64,000 nucleotides of DNA from Puniceicoccaceae bacterium (GTDB lineage Bacteria > Verrucomicrobiota > Verrucomicrobiia > Opitutales > Oceanipulchritudinaceae), in assembly GCA_040830765.1 (NCBI GenBank), contig JBFOMH010000009.1, positions 108,934 to 172,933 of the forward strand, read 5' to 3'. The position numbers were made by a program, and so were the translations under genes. Below, piece by piece: positions 1-7,705 of the stretch (position 1 is its first letter; each line of letters opens with the position of its first letter). The notes under the pieces were generated by a model. The model did no database searches. It saw only the letters and a list, made by a program, of their open reading frames with translations, and was not told where the DNA came from.

Positions 1-80
1 AAAGATATGGGGATAATCAGCCCGCAAACAAATAGGATGGGATATTGCCTGATTTTTTTACTGATTAGTGACAAATTCAT
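1..80 (-). CDS. 5' fragment of a membrane-anchored protein (PilO-like position), runs off the window edge
   Basis: ATG at 80-78 overlaps the TGA of the upstream gene (ATGA coupling). Reads MNLSLISKKIRQYPILFVCGLIIPIS with no stop: basic N-terminus then hydrophobic stretch. Identity inferred from synteny only. Confidence 0.6.
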   Translation of the reverse strand, partial: MNLSLISKKIRQYPILFVCGLIIPIS

Positions 81-730
81 AGCGAAGGCGCCTTTTCCAC
101 GCTGATTTTTACCAGCAACGTAAAATCGAAGTGCCCGAACTGGTTATTCCGGCTGAATTGGGCCATCTCCATTTCAATTCCTTTGCCCTGCAGCGAGGGC
201 AGTTGCAGAAGCGCTTCCTGGAAGTCGCTCAGCACCTGGGCAGGTTTTGCCGGGGCATCCTCCAGCACTTGCCCTTGCAACTGGATTACGAAGGGCGGGA
301 GCTTGGTGTTCTGCTCCACGATGATCTCACTCTGCATTTCAACAACCGAAAGAACCATCCCCTCCTGCAGGGACTCACCCAACTGGGAAAGGAATGGATG
401 GAACTGAAGGGCTTGATGATCAAATGCAACTGCCTCCGCAACCACCTCCGCACTCTGGCGGAATCGCTTGTTGGTATCGAGGATTTCCCGATTCTGTGAA
501 TCACTGGAGGCAACTTGCTGCTCCAGCTCCTTGACCGACTTGATCAAGGTCTGCAGGGAGTATTCGCGCATCCCATAAAGGGTGATGCTTCCCAACGCGA
601 GTGCCAGGGCAATGAAGTTGAGAAGGAAACCAGTCCGGATCACTTTCGTGTCTGGAAGGGATTGCACATCCCTGAAGTCAGGGCGCCACAGCCGTTGGGT
701 CGCAGTCTTGCTTTTTCTCAGGGTGGCCAT
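77..730 (-). CDS. PilN-like single-pass membrane protein (type IV pilus/T2SS alignment subcomplex)
   Basis: 217 aa: short cytoplasmic N-terminus, one TM (FLLNFIALALALGSITLY), coiled coil, then alpha/beta domain ending FDFTLLVKI. Lies directly after a PilM-like gene. Confidence 0.6.
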   Translation of the reverse strand: MATLRKSKTATQRLWRPDFRDVQSLPDTKVIRTGFLLNFIALALALGSITLYGMREYSLQTLIKSVKELEQQVASSDSQNREILDTNKRFRQSAEVVAEAVAFDHQALQFHPFLSQLGESLQEGMVLSVVEMQSEIIVEQNTKLPPFVIQLQGQVLEDAPAKPAQVLSDFQEALLQLPSLQGKGIEMEMAQFSRNNQFGHFDFTLLVKISVEKAPSL

Positions 731-734
731 CTTC

Positions 735-1760
735 TTATGCTTCCAGATTTATAAACAGGCTGAACAGGCCAAAGGCGGATGGGCCGAGGTCAGCAGATGA
801 ACAGGAGTCGCCGAAAGTCACTCCGATACCGTCCGCCCAGCCTTCCCAATCGACATCAAGAAGCTTGATATCGAGTTCTTTGGAAATGACATCCGGGATC
901 CAGTTCAAGTTCTCCGGCAAGGAGGTCATGTAAAGGTAGGGAATCGTCTGGCCGGTTTGTACTTCGTAAAACCCGGTCGATGCATTGAGCTCCTTGAGGA
1001 TCTTGTTGAGCAACTTGGGCCCGATTTCACGGAAATCAAACGTGTTTGAAGAAAACAAGTTCCTTGCCGACTCTTCGTCCTTCAAACCCAGTTCTTGTTG
1101 GATAACGGGGAGGACCGCATTGAATCCGAAATTAACGGGACGGCACAAATCAACCTTGTCCTGCGAAAGTATGAAAAGGTTGGCTGAGTTTTGCGTCACC
1201 TCGAGTAAGAGCACCGGGTCTTCAATCTCCTTGACCTTTAAGTAGTGCTTCAGGCCGGCCAAACCGGACAGTGTTCCGAGCTGCAGGCTCTGCGGGAAAA
1301 TACCACACTCGACAAGGTTCTCCTGAAAGGCGGAAATTTCCCGCTTATCGGCACCACAAAGGAGCAACTCCTTCTGGCTTGCCAACGCCCGGTCCGGAGA
1401 GAAGGCGGTGCCGCTCTGAACATTGATGGTAGCCATCATGCTCGAACCCGGGGTGATCCTGAACTGGTCTTCAAGAATCTTGGCAAAGTAATCCGGATCC
1501 TTCGCCTTCGACATCGATTCCAGGGTATGCAACCGGAAGAAACGACTCTCCGGGATAATACTGCAATGCGAATGGATATAGCGGTTTCGGCGTCCAGAGG
1601 TTGCCTGTTCCAGGAACTCCTTGAGTTTGCCCGGCTCACTGCGCGGAAACTCGTTTATCGACTCGATGGAAAAGGGCGGCGTCAGTCCGGTGACACCCGC
1701 CACCAGATAGGAGAACCCGTTAACCTCTACAAACAAGCCTTTGGTTTTCTTTGATAACAT
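735..1760 (-). CDS. PilM/GspL-like actin-fold cytoplasmic protein
   Basis: 341 aa. PilM-like C-terminal pattern (VLLLEV...ANLFI...RPVNFG...IQQELGL...LKELNASTGFYE..T). The N-terminal DIG loop is degenerate. Confidence 0.6.
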   Translation of the reverse strand: MLSKKTKGLFVEVNGFSYLVAGVTGLTPPFSIESINEFPRSEPGKLKEFLEQATSGRRNRYIHSHCSIIPESRFFRLHTLESMSKAKDPDYFAKILEDQFRITPGSSMMATINVQSGTAFSPDRALASQKELLLCGADKREISAFQENLVECGIFPQSLQLGTLSGLAGLKHYLKVKEIEDPVLLLEVTQNSANLFILSQDKVDLCRPVNFGFNAVLPVIQQELGLKDEESARNLFSSNTFDFREIGPKLLNKILKELNASTGFYEVQTGQTIPYLYMTSLPENLNWIPDVISKELDIKLLDVDWEGWADGIGVTFGDSCSSADLGPSAFGLFSLFINLEA

Positions 1761-1849
1761 TTAAACGGTACAGATTTTCATGTAGATCAAAGAGGGGAAT
1801 CCTCCCGTCTTCCCTAAACTTTCATAAGTTTACAGCCTTTGAAGACAAG

Positions 1850-1879
1850 AAAAAAGCCACAGTTGGAAAAACTGTGGCT
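1850..1879 (-). terminator. Rho-independent terminator after the bS22-like gene
   Basis: Inverted repeat AGCCACAGTT / AACTGTGGCT followed by a T6 run on the minus strand. Confidence 0.8.
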
Positions 1880-1911
1880 GTTATTCACTACAAATTTACG
1901 AACGACCGGGA

Positions 1912-2010
1912 TTAACCCCATGTACGCTTTTTATGGCGATTGGAGCGCGAGCGCTTCTTGCGCTTGTGCTGGGCGATTTTCCGGCGACGTTTCTTTCTAA
2001 GATTTCCCAT
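1912..2010 (-). CDS. AURKAIP1/COX24-domain small basic protein (bS22/mS38-like ribosomal protein), 32 aa
   Basis: Manual translation: [32 protein letters not shown]. Matches the MGS.xKKRRKKM.KHK.RK family pattern and has its own terminator. Not in the ORF track. Confidence 0.85.
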   Translation of the reverse strand: MGNLRKKRRRKIAQHKRKKRSRSNRHKKRTWG

Positions 2011-2087
2011 AACTAAAGTAATAAAACCGGGAAGAGTTTTTGTTTTTCCGAAGCAAGTAAAGCCTTTTCTGAGAAAAATACCTTATT

Positions 2088-2888
2088 TCAGGATCCGCGA
2101 TGTTTTTCAAGTTGGCGGCAGAGTCCGTTCCACCTTGGAGGCAAGGGGCCTTTGACCACCTTGCCATTTCCAAGGTCCAACGCCTTCAGGTAATAGGCTG
2201 GGCCGTCATAAAGAGGCCGTTCTTCAAGGTCGGCTTTGGGTTGGTAGCCGCGTTTGATTTTGGAAAGGAGTGGCAATGGGTCCCGAGCGTATCGGTGGTC
2301 GCCGAGTACCGGCAAACCGCATTCCATGGCATGAAGCAGTATCTGATGCCGCCTGGGGAAGGTGGTTTTGGCGGTCCATTCCCGGCATCCCGCCACCGGC
2401 CCATCCAGTTCAAGGCAAGTAGTGCTCCGCTTTCCGGTGGTATGGGATACCAGCATCCGGGGTTGGTGGCGATGTCGGGAAATCGGCAGCGTGCATTCCT
2501 GGGTTACTTCCACTGTTTTGCCGCGGGTGAGAAAACGGAAGGTGAAAGTGAAGTCGCCAGAACCGAGGCTGCTTCGCAGGTCTTCAGCCGTGTCCCGGTT
2601 CCGTGCGAAGAGGACGGGCCCGTAACACTCGGGATCCAGATCCGTCACTGCCCATAAGCCCTCCTCCCCAATGCTCATCCGCTGGAACTCACCTTTGCCA
2701 TGATGGCTTTGGTGCCGGATGGCTTCCACCAGCACCGGCAGGCGGGGATACCAGCCATCTTCCTGGACGAGGACACCAACAGGCTTGGCCAGTGCCAGCA
2801 GGTCGCCATCATCAAATAGGACGGGCAAACGGGCGGGCTGCATCCCGAGAAGGGGCACGGGAAAGCCGAGTTGAGGCATCTTCTCCAT
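2088..2888 (-). CDS. RluA-family pseudouridine synthase-like protein (divergent)
   Basis: Motifs LAKPVGVLVQ, xDLD...GPVLFAR, RRHQI..H....GLPVLGD.RY. Start reassigned to MEKMPQ at 2888 because the longer ORF runs through rpsT. Confidence 0.8.
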   Translation of the reverse strand: MEKMPQLGFPVPLLGMQPARLPVLFDDGDLLALAKPVGVLVQEDGWYPRLPVLVEAIRHQSHHGKGEFQRMSIGEEGLWAVTDLDPECYGPVLFARNRDTAEDLRSSLGSGDFTFTFRFLTRGKTVEVTQECTLPISRHRHQPRMLVSHTTGKRSTTCLELDGPVAGCREWTAKTTFPRRHQILLHAMECGLPVLGDHRYARDPLPLLSKIKRGYQPKADLEERPLYDGPAYYLKALDLGNGKVVKGPLPPRWNGLCRQLEKHRGS

Positions 2889-2920
2889 ATCTGGCCGGAA
2901 ATTCAGGCTGTATTTAAAAC

Positions 2921-2950
2921 AAAAACCCCCCGATGCAAAGACCGGAGGGT
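2921..2950 (-). terminator. Probable terminator after rpsT
   Basis: Minus strand ACCCTCCGGT...ATCGGGGGGT stem with G-U pairs, followed by TTTTGTTTT. Confidence 0.6.
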
Positions 2951-2977
2951 GAAAATTACCATGGTCCTGAGAACGGA

Positions 2978-3229
2978 CTAATGGGTGCTCTTGGAATGCA
3001 AGGCGTTGCGGGAAAGCTTGGACTTCTCGCGGTTTGCCTTGTTCTTGTGCAGGACACCAGACTTCACTGCCTTGTCGAGGGCCGATGAGTAGGCACTCTT
3101 GTCGGCGTCGGAAGCTTCGCCCAAAGCCTTCTTGCGAAGCGTCTTCAATCGGCTCGTTGTGGCGGTGTTGCGCTCCGTCCGGCGGGAAATGCGACGAATG
3201 TCTTTCTTGGATGATTTTAGATTGGCCAT
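2978..3229 (-). CDS. rpsT: 30S ribosomal protein S20
   Basis: MANLKSSKKDIR...N...SRLKT..K...S.LDKAVKSGVLHKNKANREKSKL; start at ATG 3229. Confidence 0.97.
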   Translation of the reverse strand: MANLKSSKKDIRRISRRTERNTATTSRLKTLRKKALGEASDADKSAYSSALDKAVKSGVLHKNKANREKSKLSRNALHSKSTH

Positions 3230-3255
3230 AGAAAATTCCTTTAAAGAAACGGAGC

Positions 3256-3283
3256 AAGCTAGGTTCGAAGGCCCGCCTGTCAA
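3256..3283 (-). promoter_or_regulatory. sigma70-type promoter of rpsT
   Basis: TTGACA-16 nt-TAGCTT on the minus strand, ending 26 nt before the ATG. Confidence 0.65.
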
Positions 3284-3289
3284 GGGAAT

Positions 3290-3961
3290 TTAAGCCTCCG
3301 TGAAGGGAAAAGGCTCGTCGGCTGACCAGGCGTGCAGGTCCTGCAGGTTCCATAATCCCAGCTTCCCGGCTTCCTTGAGCATGCGCAGGAGTATTTGTGC
3401 CGTCATGAATGCATCACCCAGGGCGGTATGCCGGTCATGGGGAATTATCCTGAACCAGTCGCAAAGGGCATCAAAGGAATATCCTTCCGGCTTGGGCTTT
3501 CGGGTAAAGCCTCCGGCCCCGGTGATGGCCAGAAACGCCTCCATGGTATCGATGGCCCTGTTCCGCAGCTGAAAGTTGAAATGCTTTTCACAGGCTACAT
3601 TCAGCAAGGTAATATCATGCTGAATATGGTGGCCGACAATGATGCCATCCTGCAGCCACTCTAGAAACTGGCAAATGGCCTCGGGCTCCTCCACTCCCTC
3701 TGCGGCCGCCTCGCGGGTAATTCCGTGTACGGTCACGGAAGAGGTGTTGTAATCGATCGGCAGAAGAACAGAAAACTGGTCGTCGAGATGGATTTCCCCT
3801 TGCCTGACACCGACACCAGCGATGCTGATGATTCGGTCACGATGCGGATCCAGGCCGGTGGACTCTGAATCGACACAGGCGAAACGGAACGATTCCCAGT
3901 TGGCATCCTCAGGCAACCGGAATTTGTTGGCTTCGATATACTTTTCGACGCGCTTCACCAC
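3290..3961 (-). CDS. DEDDh 3'-5' exonuclease (DnaQ/epsilon-like), partner of the DUF294 gene
   Basis: ExoI VDSESTG, ExoII GHHIQHD, ExoIII HTALGDA. Overlaps the stop of the upstream gene. Confidence 0.9.
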   Translation of the reverse strand: MVKRVEKYIEANKFRLPEDANWESFRFACVDSESTGLDPHRDRIISIAGVGVRQGEIHLDDQFSVLLPIDYNTSSVTVHGITREAAAEGVEEPEAICQFLEWLQDGIIVGHHIQHDITLLNVACEKHFNFQLRNRAIDTMEAFLAITGAGGFTRKPKPEGYSFDALCDWFRIIPHDRHTALGDAFMTAQILLRMLKEAGKLGLWNLQDLHAWSADEPFPFTEA

Positions 3962-5919
3962 TCCCAGGTACTGAGGTCAAACCGCTTGGCCGTTGATTCG
4001 AGGATTTTCAGGATGGTCCTGAAGGTCGTGATAAGAAGGGTCCGCGTCTCCGCATCCAAACCGGCAGGATCAATAACCGCGCCGTCCGTCCCCAGCTTCA
4101 ATCCTTGTGAAATACGGGCATACTGGGCTATCAGGAAACCCTCGGACGCCTCGTGGAGAATATTGCCCATGTCCGTCCCCAGCCGGGCCTGCTTGGCCGC
4201 CTCATCGAGTCGCTTGTAAGTAGCCGTCGGCTGATGAGAGCCCGTTTCCAGGGTCAGGACCCTTCCGACATCGACCAATGGCAGCAGGGCGTGGGATTTA
4301 ATCGCCAATTCGCTGCGATGGATACCCTCCTGATCGACGACATAGCCACTGAAAAGGGTTTTTGGTGGCTGGTTGAGAAGGGAGTCACTGGCCATGTAAA
4401 CGATGAATCCCGGGTTCGCAGTCAGCTCCTGGTGAATGTGCTTGCTCAGTTCTTCTGCCAGGGTAGAGCCGGCTTCCATGGCCGGTTTAAAGTCAAATGC
4501 ATCCCGCGCACTGTAGACGTGGGAATCGACGGGCTCACGAATATATCTCGTGAATTTGGCCTTCATTTCGGAAAGCGGGAGGCACCACTCAGCCTTCTGG
4601 GCAAGCACGTTCTGCGGGCTTTCAAGGAAGCCACAATGACGATGCCCCTGGGCCACCCGGTCGGCAAGATTGTGGAAGAAGCTCCTCGCCTTCTCCTCCA
4701 GTTCGGATTCCGGATCCGCATAAACCAAGGCGTGGTATACCGCAGAGCGAATAAGCAATTCGTCGCGGCCACCGCTGCCCATCATGAGCCAGGAGAATTC
4801 AACGGGTGGAACACCCATTCCTTCCTCCTCCATGGCGATTAGGCTTAATTCGATGATCCGCTGGGTCAGCTTGCGGTTGAGCACCCCGACCATTTCCATC
4901 AACCAGATGAGCGACTGCCTGTTTTCAAGGAATTCAAGAATCAGTGCCTCCAGCCGGTCCCTTAAGCTACGCAGGGATGTGATATCAGGAGCCGAGGCAA
5001 TCGCTTCCCCAATAACAGAGGGAAAGCGCCCATATTGCAGAAACAGGTTGCGTTCCGACACTAAGCCGACGGCCCGCGTGTCAAGGGTCCCGTCCTCTGT
5101 CACAATGAGGAAATTTCTTCCCGACCGGGTCAGCTTAATCAACATGTCGCCAGTGTTGTCGGTTGGACTGGCCGCATCCAGGTCGCGGAACATCAGATCG
5201 CGAACCGGGGCGTAGGGTTGGATGGAACCTTCAAGGATGCGATCCCGCAAGTGACCATCGGTCAGCTTCCCAATTGGCCGGCCGGCATCATCAATCACCA
5301 CAATGCAATCGATCCGCTTTGACTGGAGCTTCATCGCCACCTCACGGATTGAGGCGTCTCCCATGACAGTAACGAGTGAATCCTTTGCCACCTGCTGGGG
5401 TTGGTCGACCTCCCACAATCCGCCTTTGCGCAAGGTAACGAGTGCCTTGTCACCTCCGGGTACTTCCTCCTCATGGAGGAACCCACCCCAGTGGTAGCTT
5501 GGGCTTAGGCTGAAATAGGCGGCCAGGTAGCGCCGGGCCTGGGCTGACTTTTCCGCCAAGTCTACAAAAAGTGCCCTTGGGAAACCATAGAGAATGGTTT
5601 CCGTTTCGGTACGACAGGTGTGCAGATAGGGCTCATCCGACCGAATTCCCTGCAAGCCCAGCATGTCCCCCGGACCCCGCAAATCGACCAGGGCTTCACC
5701 TTTTTCCGTCTCCTCAAGGATTTTAACCTGCCCTTCCTGGATGACATAGAGCCACTGGTTCCTGGGCTGACCTTGCGAGAAGACAATTTCCCCGTCCTCG
5801 TGAAACTTCACCTTGCTGTGCCCGGCCAGTTCCCGCAAGACATCGACCCCGAGGTATTCGAAGGGGGGATATTCCTTCAGGAAGTCAGCAATACGAACTG
5901 AGATGGAGGAACCTTTCAT
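3955..5919 (-). CDS. cNMP-binding + CBS-pair + DUF294 nucleotidyltransferase-like signalling protein
   Basis: N-terminal FLKEYPPF/cNMP domain, CBS pair, WLMMGSGGR.E motif, C-terminal IK...LLPLVD.GR.L DUF294_C pattern. Start taken at MKGSS (5919). Confidence 0.9.
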   Translation of the reverse strand: MKGSSISVRIADFLKEYPPFEYLGVDVLRELAGHSKVKFHEDGEIVFSQGQPRNQWLYVIQEGQVKILEETEKGEALVDLRGPGDMLGLQGIRSDEPYLHTCRTETETILYGFPRALFVDLAEKSAQARRYLAAYFSLSPSYHWGGFLHEEEVPGGDKALVTLRKGGLWEVDQPQQVAKDSLVTVMGDASIREVAMKLQSKRIDCIVVIDDAGRPIGKLTDGHLRDRILEGSIQPYAPVRDLMFRDLDAASPTDNTGDMLIKLTRSGRNFLIVTEDGTLDTRAVGLVSERNLFLQYGRFPSVIGEAIASAPDITSLRSLRDRLEALILEFLENRQSLIWLMEMVGVLNRKLTQRIIELSLIAMEEEGMGVPPVEFSWLMMGSGGRDELLIRSAVYHALVYADPESELEEKARSFFHNLADRVAQGHRHCGFLESPQNVLAQKAEWCLPLSEMKAKFTRYIREPVDSHVYSARDAFDFKPAMEAGSTLAEELSKHIHQELTANPGFIVYMASDSLLNQPPKTLFSGYVVDQEGIHRSELAIKSHALLPLVDVGRVLTLETGSHQPTATYKRLDEAAKQARLGTDMGNILHEASEGFLIAQYARISQGLKLGTDGAVIDPAGLDAETRTLLITTFRTILKILESTAKRFDLSTWEW

Positions 5920-5979
5920 AGGGGCAGGGGTATAAGACGGATAATGACCATTATGAGAGCTCTGCAAGCAATTCCCGTG

Positions 5980-6891
5980 TCAGATTGCACAAGATATGCC
6001 CATCCGGTCTCCCACCCGGGCATAAAGTTCAGTCCCACTGGCCGTTAATTCAAGCAAATCGTCGGAGAGACGGATCCGACCAGGTTGAAAAATCGTGATC
6101 ACAGAAGACCCCCCGAATTCGAACCAACCGAAGGGCTCACCCTTTAGGAAGGATTGGTCCCCGCGGGGACAGCGATAGCGGATCGAGCCGACATTAGTGG
6201 CCCCAACGGCAATAAAGAGGACATGCCCCAGCGAGTCGGTCTGGATGTGGCTCAAGTGCCGCTTGTTCTCCCAGATGCAGGAAAGCCGGTACCGGAGGGC
6301 GATGGGACTGACTGAATAGAGCCGTTTCCCCAGCCACCAGGAGTCAACCATGCTTCCTGGGACCGGGTAATGGAAATGATGATAATCAACCGGGCAGAGA
6401 CGGCTGAGGACAAGGCTGCCACCGGTGAAGAGCTGGACCAGCTCCGGATCTCCTCCGAGCAACTTCTCAAGGTCCCATTGCTGTCCCTTGACAAAGACCC
6501 TTTGCTCGGTTCCCAGCTCCTGCCAGCCGAGATGTCGCCCGTCGGCCGGGAACACTACCGAAGCAAGGGCAGCATCAACAGGACGGGCATCCGGTTTCAG
6601 CTCCCGGCAGAAAAAGTCATTGAAGGAAACGAAGGATTCGGGTGGTTGGAGAAATTCTGAAACATTGAGTCCATACCTTTCAATAAAGGGCAGGATGCGT
6701 TTCCTCGATGCGGGGCGCTTCATCCACCAGCCAAAGATGGCTGAAAAGAAGGGTCTGGAAAAAAACAACCAGCCAAGGGCCCGGCCCGGCAGGGTTTCGT
6801 AGGCGAACCGCAAGGCCCCATCCCCATAAACCGCCTCTTGCTGCATCGCCTTTTTGTAGCGGTCAAAGTAAGTAATGGGTTGCCCGTTCAT
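5980..6891 (-). CDS. psd: Phosphatidylserine decarboxylase proenzyme
   Basis: SFNDFF.R.LKP.ARP, PADG, RLCPVDYHHFHYP, VGATNVGSI and FGGSS self-cleavage motif. Confidence 0.93.
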   Translation of the reverse strand: MNGQPITYFDRYKKAMQQEAVYGDGALRFAYETLPGRALGWLFFSRPFFSAIFGWWMKRPASRKRILPFIERYGLNVSEFLQPPESFVSFNDFFCRELKPDARPVDAALASVVFPADGRHLGWQELGTEQRVFVKGQQWDLEKLLGGDPELVQLFTGGSLVLSRLCPVDYHHFHYPVPGSMVDSWWLGKRLYSVSPIALRYRLSCIWENKRHLSHIQTDSLGHVLFIAVGATNVGSIRYRCPRGDQSFLKGEPFGWFEFGGSSVITIFQPGRIRLSDDLLELTASGTELYARVGDRMGISCAI

Positions 6892-6922
6892 TGCCTTCAG
6901 GGAAGATAGATGATTGGGCCTG

Positions 6923-7582
6923 TCAAAACAGTTCCTGCTGGGGCTCGATCCCCTGGCTTAATTGCAGCAACCAGCGGATCGACATTCGATCGCACATTTC
7001 ATCAAGACTTTCCAGGTAGGTCAGCAGGAGCGAAGAAGCGATTGCGTCGTAAAGCGCACAATGCGGCTTTCGCCGTTTCTGCGGACAGTATTCATTGGCT
7101 GCCGCTTCCAATTGCTGCTGAAGCCCGAAGGTCTTGACGAGGTCACCCAGCCCGTAGGAATCCAGGCCCGGGAATATGGATTTATACAAGCTGAGCGTAT
7201 CCACCCAGGGTCCCCATTCCTGGGAAGTGCCAAATCCGGCCCGCCAATCCGGAACCACCGGAGGAACTGCCCAGGTGTTTTTAATAAAACTATTCTCGGC
7301 ATGGCGGTTGTGCGCGGCAAAAATACCCTTCCGCCGCAACTCGACAAAGTGCGCATAATGGGAACTGAATAGTTCATGAGCCATCGCCTCGGTTTCCCCT
7401 ATCCCATGCACCTCCCTGTCACGGGAATGGATCGACCCAGTTGGCCGGCATAGACTGGTCTCCGTGGCATTGATTTGGCCGCCAATCAGATGAACGACTC
7501 CATACTCCACCACTCCGCTGGCTGGGCTGCCTTCGAAATCGAGCATGTAGATGTGAGTGGATTTCCAGTCCGTTCCATCCAT
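6923..7582 (-). CDS. DEDDh 3'-5' exonuclease family protein
   Basis: LDFEG, VHGI, AAHNRHAE, VDTL, HCALYDA motifs. Start uncertain (7582 or 7618). Confidence 0.85.
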   Translation of the reverse strand: MDGTDWKSTHIYMLDFEGSPASGVVEYGVVHLIGGQINATETSLCRPTGSIHSRDREVHGIGETEAMAHELFSSHYAHFVELRRKGIFAAHNRHAENSFIKNTWAVPPVVPDWRAGFGTSQEWGPWVDTLSLYKSIFPGLDSYGLGDLVKTFGLQQQLEAAANEYCPQKRRKPHCALYDAIASSLLLTYLESLDEMCDRMSIRWLLQLSQGIEPQQELF

Positions 7583-7705
7583 GCCACCACAATGAAGAAC
7601 CTCTGGTGAAGCCTGCAAGCCTGCAGCAGCTTCGGACCCATCCGCTGCATTTGCTGCTTTTACAACTTGCCCAAAAAATGCGGATGCGTTTGGGTCGCAA
7701 AAATC

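Noticed and set aside
2889..3353. 155-aa N-terminal extension of the RluA-like ORF across rpsT
   Set aside because: Out-of-frame overlap with rpsT that crosses its promoter and terminator; family similarity begins only near 2888.
3290..7618. Nucleotidyltransferase-like gene plus nucleases considered as a CBASS or other antiphage system
   Set aside because: The architecture is the cNMP-CBS-DUF294 plus DEDDh pair, not a CD-NTase; no effector, mobile context or obvious compositional shift.
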